A stretch of 64,000 nt of DNA from Octopus vulgaris (GCA_951406725.2 OX597814.1:24304001-24368000); one strand, 5' to 3'. Shown: positions 1 through 14,199, counted from the first letter of the stretch. Program-made: numbers and translations. Notes: a model not told the origin generated them from the sequence alone.

Positions 1-204
1 GATGTGTATGTATTAACGTGGTAGATTTAGGAAACAGAAGAATTCTACTTGCGATGATATTATGTCATCTCATCACTCTTGTTATGAGAATTATTTGAAA
101 ATAAGGAGGTGTTAAGTGCATTGAAGTCTTGCTCATTGATGATGTTTGGGAGAGTCTTAAAGTGCTGTAGCTGGGTGGTGTAAGCTGGATAAGGTGGTTG
201 ATGG

Positions 205-309
<105 letters not shown>

Positions 310-436
310 TTATATATATATTATATATATATATATACATAATATAATATAAATAAAAATATATATATATTTATATATATATATATATATGTACATACAT
401 ACATATATATGTATATATATATATGTATATGCATAT

Positions 437-1350
437 ATGGGTGCAGGATGTCACAAAATATAAACAACATGAAATACGACAACTACATGAAGTACGAAGA
501 CAAACTTGGGTATATGGACAACCAGAGAAATAAATGGAAAACAAGAGAAGTAACATAAAGAACGACCCTTCATTAGTTGTTGGCTGTCCATCTGCTCCTC
601 ACTTCAAGCAATTAACGACAATATAAGGCTTTGAAAGGCAGTTGCTCCTGAAAACCAAAATAAAATTTGGGATTTGCGGAGGGTGAAAGTTGGTAACAAA
701 AACAGGACAATGGAGACATACAACAAGCCATACAAAAACAAAAATGGAGGGCCTTTAGGCCAGACACAGTAAGGTAGTGAACGCTGGAGGAATATTGTCT
801 TTGGCAAGAAAAAAGATGGAAGAGGAGACAGATAAGAATGCGTCTGGTCTCTATGACAGACTGAAAGGAAAGAAAGACGACCATGTGAGGAAAAGAAAGA
901 TGGGCGGTGGTCACGTGTGAGCAATGAGAGAGAGAGTAAAGGAGAAAGAGGAAGAGAGAAAGAAAACGGTGAAGGGGTGAAAAAAAAGAATTAGAGAAAG
1001 GATGAGAGAGAAAAATGGAAGGGGAGAAAGATAATTAGAGAAAGGAAGAGAGAGAAAACGAAAAGGAGAGAGAGAGAGAACAGCACAGGGTAGAGTCACA
1101 TCAAAATTATTAAGATAAGCTTACTTGGAAATGGATGCGTGGCATTCAATCATATAATGATATAAATAATACATATATATATATATATATATATATACAT
1201 ACATGTATATATAGAGAGAGATAGAGAGATAAATATATGCATATATACATACATATATGAACATACATATATATGTATATATATATATGCATATATGGGT
1301 ACAGGATGCCACAAAACATAAATAACATGAAATACGTAATACGTAAACAA
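437..1350 (-). mobile_element. Penelope-like element terminal region (pLTR-like) with a partial tandem repeat of its end
   Basis: The motif ggtgcaggatgtcacaaaatataaacaacatgaaatacg (~439-478) recurs at ~1298-1337 and, more diverged, at ~37149. The segment is flanked by (TA)n, has a long purine-rich tract and contains an HHR motif. The Penelope assignment is inferred from the HHR association. Confidence 0.55.
565..628 (-). ncRNA. Decayed non-circularly permuted hammerhead ribozyme
   Basis: Minus strand reads CCTTA-TA|TTGTCG...TGCTT-GAAG-TGAGG...CAACAA-CTAATGA-AGGGT. Stem III is TGAGG/CCTTA and stem I is TTGTCG/CAACAA. Two core substitutions (CUAAUGA, GAAG). Confidence 0.55.
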
Positions 1351-1509
1351 CATATATATATATTTACTGATATGTTTTATGTTGCTAGATAACCTTCAAT
1401 TCTAGTATAGTGTTGTTCTCTTTTAGTTTATAAATGTTATTTGTGGTATCTATATCTTTATTGAAAAAAAGCTTTTATGTATGTTATAAGACCAATACTG
1501 TTGTAAAAG

Positions 1510-1805
1510 CGTATGTCACATGACTCAGTGGTTTGTGCATCAAGCTCACAATCATGAGGTTGTGAGTTTGATTCCCAGACTGGGCTGCGTGTTGTGTTCT
1601 TGAGCAAGACACTTTATTTCATGTTGCTCCAGTTCACTCAGCTGTAGAAATTAATTGCAATGTCACTGGTGCCAAGCTGTATCAGCCTTTGCCTTTCCCT
1701 TGGATAACATCAGTGGCATGGAGAGGGGAGGCTAGTATGCATGGACGACTGCAGGTCTTCCATAAAACAACCTTGCCCGAACTTGTGCCTCCGAGAGTAA
1801 CTTCT
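1510..1805 (+). mobile_element. tRNA-derived SINE (separate family)
   Basis: A-box/B-box-like head (tgactcagtggt ... gagtttgattccc) followed by a gttgtgttcttgagcaagacact central domain. Confidence 0.65.
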
Positions 1806-2369
1806 GTTCTAGCCTGCCTGAAGAAAACTTGGTGATGGGAAGAAAGTCAATGTTATTTTCTGTTGAAAACTTTAAAATCACTTTATAGGTGTTTTAAGGC
1901 CTGCTTCATGTAGAGTTTTAGCTCTCTTCCTTTCTAATGTTTTTTTCACATGCAAAGAGAGATATTTTTATATGTTGAGACTTTGTTGTTCATCTACCAT
2001 CCTTGTCATGACTCACCAGAAATAATGAAGTTTGTGGCTTAAGCAATCTGTGATATAACCTTAGTAAATTAAGGACTGTCAATGTAAATATAAATTTCAA
2101 AACATGAATATTCCCTACTCTACAGCAAATATTTCACATTTACATTCAGTTTCAGAATGGTAAACCTATTGAAGAAAATCCTTCCTCTCCTTTACTTTGT
2201 TCAGTATACTAGCATCAAAACTTGATTAATCAAACTAATTATTCAACATACTTTCGTATTTAGGATTTGAAAGGCTATATTGGTTTAGACAATGTCACTA
2301 CCCTTTTGACTCTTGCAAGAGAGAAGTATCTTTGCTTTGTATATATAAATGTGCACGCATGACAGTGTA

Positions 2370-3032
2370 AGCATCTTGAGAGAAATGTTGGACATAAGAA
2401 GCATCGGATGTGGTGTGCGGAGAGACATTTGCGTTGGTATGGTCATGTACTACAGGTGGATGAGGAGAGATGCATGAAGAAGTGCCACTCCCAAACAGTT
2501 GAAGGAATCCGGGGTAGAGGTAGATGCAAGAAGGCATGGGATGAGGTGGTCAAGCATGACCTTCGAACGTTGGGTCTCACAAAGGCAATGACGAAAGACC
2601 AAGACCTATGGAGATATACTGTGACTGCAAAGACCTGACAAATGAAGTGAGTTCATGGCTTGCAGGATGGCCTGCTGTGCATACCTTGGATCATAGGGCG
2701 ACCTGCTGTGCTTGAGGAGACCTACTGAGTCAAGTACATCAACATCAAAATAAAAATCAAATGGAAATTGTAGTTGTGATACCCGTGCCGGTGGCATATA
2801 AAAAGCACCATCCGAATGTGGCCGTTGCCAGCCTCCTCTAGCCCCTGTGCCAGTGGAATGTAAAAAGCACCCACTACACTCACAGTGGTTGGAATTAGGA
2901 AGGTCATCTAGCTGTAGAAACACTGCCAGATCAGACTGGAGCCTGGAGCAGCCTCCTAGCTTCCTAGACCCCGGTTGGACCATCCAACCCATACTAGCAT
3001 GGAAAACGGATGTTAAACGATGATGATGATGA
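2370..3032 (+). mobile_element. RTE-clade LINE 3' fragment with (GAT)n tail
   Basis: ORF 2408-2638 encodes LRWYGHVLQ...GIRGRGRCKKAWDEVVKHDLRTLGL, the RTE C-terminus. It matches 36420-37036 and ends in gatgatgat. Confidence 0.85.
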
Positions 3033-3764
3033 TTTATGCGTGTGTGTGCATATTTTCAAAAGCGATCTGAGCAGATCTTTGAGGAAAAACATTCCATCTA
3101 TGACCATTACATTTAAAAATGATTTTTGACTTTTTTTAAAACGTTGAGTACAACTGATCACATTATTCCATGTGTCCTTTCAAGATAAAGGTAGATTTAA
3201 TTGCTATTTCTGGTAGGTTGAACAACCACTGAGAAGCTCTCTCTTTGGCTTGTTTATTATTTCATGTTATCATTTATGTAATTGATATTTAGATAATTAA
3301 CCATCCTTGAATTAATTATAAGCTGTGCAATGTGATCTGTAATTAACCTTAAAATTGTATTTCATATCATATTTCATAAACAAATTATACATAACAATAA
3401 TACATTATTGGCATCATCATCATCATTTTAACATCTACTTTTCCATGGCTCCATGGGTCAGTAGGGATTTCAGTGCAGTAAGTTTTTCTATAGCAATACA
3501 TACATGATAGGCTTTGTTCAGTTTCTTTCCATTAAAATCACTAAAAGTTTCATGCAATGGGGCTGAACCCAAAACTATGTGGTTGAGAAGCAATCATCTT
3601 AACCACATAGCCATGCTTAAACCTATACTTAAAAACACATATTTCTTTACAAATGGAAACAAATTTGATTCAATCTTAATCATAAAATATATTTTTGTGC
3701 TTCTACATCCTACTTGAATTACTGTATTACAAACAATGGACTAATTTTAAAATTAATCCATTCA

Positions 3765-4212
3765 GGTGTAGGAGTAGCTGTGTGGTAAGTAGCTTGCTTA
3801 CGAACCACATGGTTCTGGGTTCAGTCCCACTGCATGGCACCTTGGGCAAGTGTCTTCTACTATAGCATCGGGCCAACCAAATCCTTGTGAGTGGATTTGG
3901 TCGACGGAAACTGAAAGAAGCCCGTCGTATATATGTATATGTATATATATGTATGTGTGTGTGTATATGTTTATATATATGTATATATATATGTGTGTGT
4001 ATGTTTGTGTGTCTGTGTTTGTCCCCCAACATCACTTGACAACCGATGCTGGTGTGTTTACGTCCCCCGTAACTAAGCAGTTCAGCAAAAGAGACCGATA
4101 GAATAAGTACTAGGCTTACAAAGAATAAGTCCTGGGGTTGTTTTTCTCAACTAAAGGCGGTGCTCCAGCATGGCCACAGTCAAATGACTGAAACAAATAA
4201 AAGAGTAAAGAG
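3765..4212 (+). mobile_element. tRNA-derived SINE, major family (octopus OK-like)
   Basis: Head gctgtgtggtaagtagcttgcttac...ggttcagtccc, internal TA/TG microsatellite, tail ccagcatggccacagtcaaatgactgaaac-(aagagta)n. More than ten copies in the window. Confidence 0.9.
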
Positions 4213-4792
4213 TATATGCTTTGTGCTGCTCTATTCAGTTATAAATACAAACCGTTTATCTATGGTTTGTGTTTAGAATCTTACTGTAACTGTGTGTGTG
4301 TAAACTGAAGATTCTCATGTAAAAGAAATCCTCACCACCACCACCACTGTTGCCACTGCCACTGCTGCTACCACCACCGCCACCATTGTCATTGTTGTTG
4401 TCATCATCATCATCATCATTTTATGTCTGTCTTCTAAATGCTGGCATGTGTTGGTCGGTTTGATAGGATGTGATGAGATGAAGAACTGTGTTGAACTCCA
4501 ATGTCTGCTTTGGAATGGTTTCTATGACTGGATGCCCATTATAATGCCGATCACTTTATAGAGTGTACAGGGTGCTATTTCCATGGCACTGGTTGGTACC
4601 AGTGAAATTACCAGATAACTCATGATATAAAAATGCCTTCTTGCCTGAGTGGGAGGTGCAGAAAGGGAAGCGGCTTTATGCCAGATGCTGAGAATCTAAA
4701 AATGATGGAGAGGAACAGGGACAGGTATCATTTGGTAAAAGAGACATATGGAAACACCGTATTACATAAGGAGTGGGTATAGAGATAATAGT

Positions 4793-5178
4793 GGAGGCGC
4801 AATGGCCCAGTGGTTAGGGCAGCGGACTTGCGGTCGTAGGATCGCGGTTTCGATTCCCAGACCGAGCGTTGTGAGTGTTTATTGAGCGAAAACACCTAAA
4901 AGCTCCACGAGCCTCCGGCAGGGGATGGTGGTGATCCCTGCTGTACTCTTTCACCATAACTTTCTCTCACTTTTACTTCCTGTTTCTGTTGTACCTATAT
5001 TTCAAGGGGCCGGCCTTGTCACTCTCTGTGTCACGCTGAATATCCCTGAGAACTACGTTAAGGGTGCACGTGTCTGTGGAGTGCTCAGCCACTTAAACAT
5101 TAATTTCATGAGCAGGCTGTTCCGTTGATTTGGATCAACCGGAACCCTCATCGTCGTAACTGACGGAGTGCTTCCCCC
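4793..5178 (+). mobile_element. tRNA(Arg)-like SINE (octopus OR1/OR2-like) inserted in an older repeat
   Basis: Head ggcgcaatggcccagtggttagggcagcggact...gtttcgattccc is shared with 38247 and 44267. atagagata(a) flanks both sides, as a TSD would. Confidence 0.8.
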
Positions 5179-5729
5179 ATAGAGATAAGAGAGATAAAGA
5201 TGGCAGAGATGAGGTGTCTGGGTCTACTTTCTAGGTACAAGAAGGTGTATTAAAAAAATTAATATAATCTGAACAGACTGAATGAAACATTATGAAGATA
5301 CTATATTTATATAGGCATGAGTATTTTTTAACAAAGCACTTTACTTTGAATACCATGTTTGAATATATTTGTAATCTATGAATAATGTTAACTTTTGTAA
5401 AGAATTTTTGTAAGTTGAATAGTAATTCATCTATTTAATTACTGCAGTAAAGTATATTTAAGTATTGGTCTTATTGTGGGTAAGTAAAGAGATGATTCAC
5501 TTGTGTCATAAAACATTTCTGAAATTGTCATTTTAAACATTATTTGGTAATAGGAAAAAGCATTAACAATGTATGGAAATATTTCTTCCTGATCAACAAT
5601 CTCAATGCGTTCATTGATATCTTACTATTTAATTGAGCTTACTTAGTTGTATATACGTATGTGTACATCCATAGAGACATATACACATACATACATACAT
5701 ACATACATACATACATACATACATACATA

Positions 5730-6027
5730 GGCATAGGAGTGGCTGTGTGGTAAGTAGCTTGCTTACGAACCACATGGTTCTGGGTTCAGTTCCACTGCGT
5801 GGCACCTTGGGCAAGTGTCTTCTACTATAGCCTCGGGCTGACCAAAGCCTTGTGAGTGGATTTGGTAGACGGAAACTGAAAGAAGCCTGTCGTATATATG
5901 TATATATATATATATGTGCATGTGTGTGTCTGTGTTTGTCCCCCTAGTATTGCTTGACAACCGATGCTGGTGTGTTTATGTCCCCGTCATTTAGCAGTTC
6001 GGCAAAAAGGACCGATAGAATAAGTAC
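5730..6027 (+). mobile_element. Major-family SINE, 3'-truncated, between (CATA)n tracts
   Basis: Matches the 3765-4212 copy. Confidence 0.85.
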
Positions 6028-7194
6028 ACATACATACATACATACATACATACATACATACATACATACATACCAAAACAAAAATCTTAGAATCTTTGCT
6101 AAGATTTTTTATTAATTGTGATCTTATCCCTCTACATATCAATATACATATGAGACTAATTCTTTTTATTTTCCAGTCATTCTCTGTTTGATATAATTCA
6201 ATTCTCATACATATATCATTTGTTCATATAAATGCATTTCCTTTTACCAAACACTAAATGTATTGAGGTTATACATCACTAAACTATATACTAATTCAGA
6301 TATTGAAGGAAAAATATTTTGTCTGTTACTCAAAATACCTTTATTTGATAGAACCCATACAACTTACATGGGCTAGCTCCTCTTGGAGAACTCATAGAAA
6401 AGAGTGTGTGTCAGTCTACATGTGTTAAAATCACAAAGGAGAAAAGATCCTTCCATATCAACATTTTTCATTTTAAAGTTTTATCTTCATTGAGGAATGT
6501 GGTAGACCCCCTTCCCTTTCTAAGGTATTTCCAATATTTGAAAGCTCGTCTGACTGGCTTATTTCACTAGGCAAGAGCACCAACCAACAATCCATAAAAC
6601 CACATCTAATACTGCATCATTAGAAACCTTATTTTGCACACTAATTAATCTTAATCTACTTAATACAGCATGCTTTAGATAGTTTTTCCATAACACATTA
6701 GATCTTTGAAAGAAGTAAAAAGATGAAGCCTTTATGGTGCTCTTTTCAGATTAAGGACATCATGGAAGAGAGGAAGTAAATAAATAAATGAATATGTAAA
6801 TATAAATTCAAGGAAATATTGGGAGGAAAGATTCAAGACGGACGCTATTTATGTAGATGAGCAGAGAAGAGAAAGATGCTTGCTGTGAAATAACCTCCAC
6901 AAGCCTGCAGTGACATTTCAGCTCCAGGGCTGGTGATAGAAGTTACTCTGTTCTGCTTGTCAGTTGAGAACAGTGACTAACTCACATAATTTAATGGGAT
7001 ACAATCTTTCTGCAGGTCAAAAGAGGTTTCATCTGTTCCTTACAATAGAGATTCTCAAACTATTTTCATTTATTTTCCCTTTCCTTCCCCAAGTTGTGTC
7101 AGCTCCATTCTTTCTTGTTTCTCTCCATCCACTTCTCTTATAAATAAAATAGTCTGCTCCCCAAACATGTCTGTTTCTTTCACTATCTGAGATA

Positions 7195-7201
7195 TGCATG
7201 T

Positions 7202-7248
<47 letters not shown>

Positions 7249-7263
7249 CATGCACATACACAT

Positions 7264-7304
<41 letters not shown>

Positions 7305-8099
7305 CACATACAGACACACACACACACACATGAACATGTGCACTCACATACATGCACATACAAAAGCACATGTACACACACACACAAATGTGCACATGCA
7401 CACACGGACACAAACTTACATGGACACACACACATGCACTCACATACATGCACATACACATGCAGACAGACAGACACACACACACATATACACACACATA
7501 TGCACATACAAAAGCACACGTGCACACACACACATGCACAGGCGCACACAGACACAAACTGACACGGACGCACACACCCGCACATGTGCACTCACATACA
7601 TGCACATACACATGCAGACAGACACACACACACATGCGTGCACATACACATACACATACAAAAGCACACATACACACACAAATGTGCACATGCACATACA
7701 GACACACACACACACACATGAACATGTGCACTCACATACATGCAGATACACATGCAGACAGACACATACACACATACACATACATGCACATACAAAAGCA
7801 CATGTACACACACACACAAATGTGCACATGCACACACGGACACAAACTGACATGGACACACACACACCTGCACATGTGCACTCACATACATGCACATACA
7901 CATGCAGACAGACAGACACACACACACACATATACACACACATATGCACATACAAAAGCACACATGTGCATACACATACGTGCACAGGCACATACAGACA
8001 CAAACTGACACGGATGCACATACCTGCACATGTGCACCCACATACATGCACATACACATGCAGACACACACACACACATGCAGACACACACACATGCAG

Positions 8100-8135
<36 letters not shown>
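7195..8135. repeat. Complex CA-rich minisatellite with higher-order structure
   Basis: Recurring modules catgcacatacaaaagcaca, cacaaatgtgcacatgcaca, gacacaaactgaca and catgtgcactcacatacatgca interspersed with (CA)n. Confidence 0.9.
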
Positions 8136-8773
8136 TTGTCTTGCACTGTCAACTTGTAAACAATTTCTCCATTATAACTTCCTTGTCCATATGCCTACAA
8201 CCACCTTGTCTTTCTCCCTTGATATTTTCATACTACTTTCTCTATCTTCATTTCTCTTCTCCTCACCACCATCCCTCTCAATGACTACTGATCTCTTACC
8301 GCTCCTTTCCTCTTGCTACTGTCATACTTTCTCTTCTTCCACAGTTCTACATGGTTCCTCTCACTATCCAATTTAATCCCATTATATAACCTCATAAGTC
8401 ACATTCTTCCCTCTCAGAGATATTCATTTTGAGTAGCATTTACATATTTTATGTATAACACCCTTCCTTTTTAGATTAGGAGATTTTAGTGATAATTTCA
8501 TATTACTCATCATCATCATCATCATCATCATTTAGCGTCCGTTTTCCATGCTAGCATGGGTTGGACGTCAATGTATTATGCAATTAAATTTATCAGCTTT
8601 TTTCATGCAAATAAGACATGTATGTTATGAAGTTAATGGTCAGTGAATGTTACTGGACACATACACACACATACACACACATGCACTCTCATGCACACAT
8701 ACATGCACATGAACACACAATATACCAATATAATATGCATTTTAAAACTAGTCACATACTCATATATACCTAC

Positions 8774-8858
<85 letters not shown>

Positions 8859-9090
8859 AAGGTGGCGAGCTGGCAGAAGCGTTAGCACGCCGGGCGAAAT
8901 GCGTAGCCGTATTTCGTCTGCTGTTACGTTCTGAGTTCAAATTCCACCGAGGTCGACTGTGCCTTTCATCCTTTCGGGGTCGATAAATTAAGTACCAGTT
9001 ACGCACTGGGGTCGATGTAATCGACTTAATCCATTTGTCTGTCCTTGTTTGTCCCCTCTGTGCTTAGCCCCTTGTGGGTAGTAAAGAAAA
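8859..9090 (+). mobile_element. SINE with gcctttcatcctttcggggtcgataaa central domain (Meta/Sauria-like)
   Basis: tRNA-like head with B box gagttcaaattcc. Other copies at ~10540, 13930, 14720, 23155, 44520, 52560 and 61660. Confidence 0.8.
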
Positions 9091-9135
9091 TATATATATA
9101 TATAAAAAGTTAATCCAAACATGAAATATATATAT

Positions 9136-9175
<40 letters not shown>

Positions 9176-9717
9176 TTAGTGTGTGTTTGTGTATATATGT
9201 CTGTATGCTTGTGCATGTATATATGTTTGTGTGTGTGTGTGTGTGTGCGTGCGTGTGTGCATGTATTAAACTTGCCTAAAATGTTCATACATCCTCTAAA
9301 ATAAGGAAGTGACAGAAATTGGGAGCTGCAATTGTTTCTTATTTTGTTGTATGAAACCTACTCAATATAAGTTTGAAATCTTTGCTGCTACTCAAATACA
9401 TACTTATATACACCATCATCATCATCAGACTCTACAAATGTAACTACAAAGAGGTATCAAACACACTTCATTTTGGCCCAATAGATATATTTGATTTTTG
9501 TTATATGGAACACAAATACACCGTATGCAGATGTTATAAACACATCTACTGCAGTTCTTCAGTATAGACATGTTGTTTCATTTTTTACAGAATTCAAACC
9601 TATGCCATCAAGGGATAAATAAACATGACGTTGATCAATTTCTCATGAGAGAGTTAGAGGTTATTGTGAAGGGGTCTATCAGAATTGGCTATTTGTGCTG
9701 TAAAATGTTATACTAAA

Positions 9718-10117
9718 CTAGCAATATCGCCCAGTGTTGCTCGGGTTTGTAAGGGAAATAACTATATAAGCATTTTTAGAGAGTTACAGCCAAAAAATAG
9801 CAAAAAAATGCATTAAAAACGGAAAAAAAATTATGGTAAATTTTTTTTTAAATCGTTGACTCATCGTAGACATTTTTAGAGAGTTACTTCCCTTATATAA
9901 TAGCGAAAAAAATGCATTAAAATGGAAAAAAATTATGGTAAATTTATTTTTTAAATCGTAGACTCATCGTAGATGCACGCTAATACCCAGAAGGGCTCGA
10001 TATGAATCACAACTATAAGATACCCGGTTTTGGTTAAACTGCACCGCAAAATGTGGGAGTAGTTAGGAATCTAAATCGTAGGAGACAGACACACAACTTC
10101 ACTTTTATATATAAAGA
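9718..10117 (-). mobile_element. Non-autonomous Helitron
   Basis: Minus strand begins TC(TTTATATAT), ends with hairpin CCCGAGCAACACTGGG then CTAG, and sits between A and T with no TSD. Confidence 0.8.
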
Positions 10118-10539
10118 TAACACTATTTCAACAGACTTATGGGAACGAGAAAGCTGAATGCAATCTTATAGCAGGCTTGATATGATAATTTAGTTTTGAA
10201 CTTACTGAAATTAAATGGGCATTTTCAGAGCTGAAAAAAAAAGGGCTCAGTATTGATATTTTCCTAGTAGAAAATTTATTCTATAAATGATATTTGTGAA
10301 AGATTTCTAAAGAAAGTTCCTTAAAAATATTTTTAATCATGGCTATGTGTTTAAGAAGCCTACTCCTTTACAGCAGGACACCCCTTTCTTGTTAATTCCC
10401 ACACTCTCTAGGTAATTGTTTCTGCCCTCATTCTTGTTAATTCTTGCTCTTATTCTCTCTCTCTCTATAACTTCCTCTCTCTCTCCCTCTCTTGCGTTGG
10501 GTAACCATGGACCTTCTCTACAACAAGATATCTGTTTCT

Positions 10540-10771
10540 TATTTCTTTATTGCCCACAAGGAGCTAAACATAGAAGGGACAAACAAGGACAGACAAAGGG
10601 ATTAAGTCGATTACATCGACCCCAGTGCGTAACTGGTACTTAATTTTTTGACCCCGAAAGGATGAAAGGCAAAGACGACCATAGTGGAATTTGAACTCAG
10701 AACATAATGGCAGATGAAATACCACTAAGAACTTCGCCCGGTGTGCTAACATTTTTTCCAGCTCACTGCCT
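10540..10771 (-). mobile_element. SINE (8859 family) nested in an RTE-3'UTR-type repeat
   Basis: Reverse copy flanked by caagatatctgtttct / caagacatctgtttct, consistent with a target-site duplication. Confidence 0.8.
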
Positions 10772-11882
10772 TAGCAAGACATCTGTTTCTGCTTCTCTGT
10801 CGCACTCTAATCTTTCATCATCTGACACTAGAACACCTCATTCAATGCCCCCTCCACTCTCAAAGACTCTTTGTCTTTCAGAGTCACTTGGTGACCTCCA
10901 CCAGTGCAGGTACCACTTAAAAAGCACTCGATCCACACAGCAAGACACAGCAAATGGTTGGCATTTGGAAGGGCATCCAGCTGTAAAAATCACACCAAAA
11001 CCGACCTCACCCGTGTGAGTGCCATGTAAAAAGCCTTCAGCCCACTCTACACAGTGGTTGGTGTTAGAAAGGGTATCCTGCCATAAAAACCATGCCAAAA
11101 CAGACACAGATGCATGGTGCAGGCTCTCACCTGACTAACTCATATCAAAACGTCCAACCCATGCCAGCATGGAAGGAGGACTTTAGATGATGGTGATGAT
11201 GATGATGATGATGATAATGAGGACTTTGCAACTATGTGCAACTAAACCTGCAATATGAATGTGTTCAGCTAGCTCTTTCCCATAAGCCTGTTGAAGTGGT
11301 GTATATATGTTATACACACACATTTCAACTATTTTTTCTACCAAAATATACCTACCTATTTCAAGTCAAAAGCTGATCTTACTAACAAATATTCAAGTAT
11401 GCTTAGCTATAATTATTATATTTATTACAGATTTTGGACATGCCAATAAGAAATTATCTATGTAGTCAATTGTTTTACTAGAAATATCAGCCTAACTCTC
11501 CTAAATTACACTCTTTTATCTTGAAACAAGAACAATGCTGTCCTATATTTACATAAAAACTGGGATGGTCAGAGATGGAGTACTTTTGATTATAGGTCCA
11601 CTTGATGAGAGCTTGCTTTGGGCACACTATACGAGGATGATATAGAATACAGCAGCTTAATAATGGGTATATGTAACTACACACCAATATTCTTTGCAGT
11701 GTCTACATTCAGTCATGAGAATCAGCAGGTTTTATCCCTCTTAGAAAATGCAACAGCTGCTGCTTGAGCTGCTCTATAGACCAGGGAACAAATCTTGCAT
11801 GGCAAACATTATGTTGGGCATTAGAATGTCAATGGTTGTTCTCTACTGCAAGTTCTCCAGCAACAAGCCTAAGTAAGAAGTT

Positions 11883-12278
11883 GCAGGAGTGGCTGTGTGG
11901 TAAGTAGCTTGCTTACTAACCACATGGTTCCGGGTTCATTCCCACTGCGTGGCACCTTGGGCAAGTGTCTTCAACTATAGCCTCGGGCTGACCAAAGCCT
12001 AGTGAGTGGATTTGGTAGACGGAAACTGAAAGAAGCCCGTCATATATATATATATATGTATGTGTGTGTATACACTTGTGTGTCTGTGTTTGTCCTCCAA
12101 CATCGCTTGACAACCTATGGTGGTGTGTTTACATCCCCATAACTTAGCAGTTCAGCAAAAGAGACCAATAGAATAAGTACTAGGCTTACAAAGAATAAGT
12201 GCTGGGGTTGATTTGCTCGACTAAAGGCGGTGCTCCAGCATGGCCACAGTCAAATGACTGAAACAAGTAAAAGAGAAA
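11883..12278 (+). mobile_element. Major-family SINE, full length
   Basis: Matches the 3765-4212 copy. Confidence 0.9.
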
Positions 12279-13494
12279 AGTACTCCAAAATAATGATATG
12301 GCATTACATTACACTGAGTACTGAAAATGAAACTAACATATTTTGGAGGGCAATGAAGAAAGGTCAAATTTGATTAATACTAGTGTGGAAGTAAATCAAA
12401 GAAAAAGCCCCATTGTTTGTCACCCACTCAATATTTTTGAAACACCAGAAGAATATCATTCTGGAAGTTTTGCATCTAAGACTTCGTTCAAAGATTTTTA
12501 CTGGTGAATTCTTTGCTGTAAGAATGGTATCTGTTGTAAGTTGGAAAACTAAGACTAGTTTCTGTTGTATTTGTGTAGTCCTATATTAGCTCCAAATGAG
12601 ATCCATTTGACCAAACCTGACACACTGGCAATTAGGTAAATGACTAGACAAGATATGGAGACTAGTAAAGTTAAATGCCTGCCTTTGAAACTCAGCCGAG
12701 TTATATTAATTTCAAAAAAGATTAGACAGTTGATTAATAAGCTAGCAATGTGAACTCATATGCTAGCATCTTCCTCTCTCTTTGTCTCCTTCCTTATGAA
12801 TACGTATACAATTTTATTATTATCATTTTAAAACTTCCTTTCCATCCAAGGGGATCAGATTGCTTTACTGTGTAGCAAATTACCATTCATCTTAGTATTT
12901 TATCTCTTGAGGGACACTCATAATCCTATTCTGAAGTTTAACTTTGCCATATCTCACTTTCTTTCATAATTACCTTTCGCTCAATATCCATTGTTCATTT
13001 ACATCACATTCACATACAAGTAATTTTGTCTCCCCTGTGCACACCATTTCATGCCTTTAATACTCTGCTAATATCTCAGCTCATTTGAGCTCACTCTTCC
13101 ATGCAATTTTTTCATATCCAATGGATCATAATTAACTTGTTCATTTCCACCTCCTCAGGTCTTCTACACTCGATGTTTATACCTCACTTAACACCTTGTT
13201 TCTTAGGCTGTATTTAGTCTGCCAATTACATCAAAGGAAAACTTTAACAACCTCTTGAAGTTCTTTTATCTATTTTAGCTATACTTTCTTTGCTACTACT
13301 TCAAGTAAACTAGTTAGCAAGATGTATTTACTTCATTTATCAAATTTCTTCTAATGAATGTCTGTGACATTAATTACACTCATACATTTGACACTTCAAT
13401 CATTCTAACAGGTATCTTACCACAACCTTTTTATGTTCTAAATATTTACAAGGTATATAGTTTATAAATATTTACAAGGTATATATGTGCAGGT

Positions 13495-13763
13495 GTGCAG
13501 GTGGCACATAAAAAAAACACCATTTGGGCGTGGCCGTTGCCAGTACTGCCTGACTGGCCCTCGTGCCGGTGGCACGTAAAAGCACCCACTACACTCTTGG
13601 AGTGGTTGGCGTTAGGAAGGGCATCTAGCTGTAGAAACTCTGCCAGATCAAGATTGGAGCCTGGTGCAGCCATCTGGTTCGCCAGTCTTCAGTCAAATTG
13701 TCCAACCCATGCTAGCATGGAAAACAGACGTTAAACGATGATGATTATGATGATGATGATGAT
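13495..13763 (+). mobile_element. RTE 3'-UTR-derived short element with (GAT)n tail
   Basis: aaagcacccactacactc...ggaagggcatc...ccaacccatgctagcatggaaa...gttaaacgatgat, the same tail as the RTE LINE. Further copies at ~27434, 33268, 50050 and 57605. Confidence 0.8.
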
Positions 13764-13770
13764 AGTTTAA

Positions 13771-14199
13771 CCCTTTAGCATTTAAACCAACCATATCTGC
13801 CTGTTTATGTTCAAACTGGCTTCTCCCTCCAACCCTACACTCTCATTCTAACAATGAGCAATTACATCATCAAAATCTTGAAGTTACAAGGTAATGCATG
13901 ATTAAATCAAAGCAATGTGAATAAAGAGGTTTCAAATTTTGGCACAAGGCCAACAATTGTGGGATGGGTTGGATTGCAGGTCCATTACTTCAACTCTAGA
14001 AGTCAACTGGTACTTATTTTATCAATCCCACAAGGATGAAAGACAAAGTCAAACTCACAGAATTTGAACTCAGAACACGAAGACAAGCAAAATGTTTTTA
14101 TACATTTTGCCTGGTGCATTAATGATTCTGACAGCTTGCTGCCTTACAATGGGAATAAATAAACATTACATTTGACTGAGTAATCCAAATGTTAACGGG
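13771..14199. mobile_element. piggyBac-type MITE interrupted by a SINE
   Basis: TTAA|CCCTTTAGCATTT ... AAATGTTAACGGG|TTA. A reverse SINE occupies ~13930-14147. Related copy at 21160-21368. Confidence 0.65.

Noticed and set aside
4793-4870. tRNA-like sequence (also at 38247 and 44267)
   Set aside because: It is a SINE head continuing into a repeat body, with no proper acceptor stem or terminator.
7029-8376. Long His/Thr- and Cys/Val-rich ORFs
   Set aside because: They are translations of a CA minisatellite and are open on both strands.
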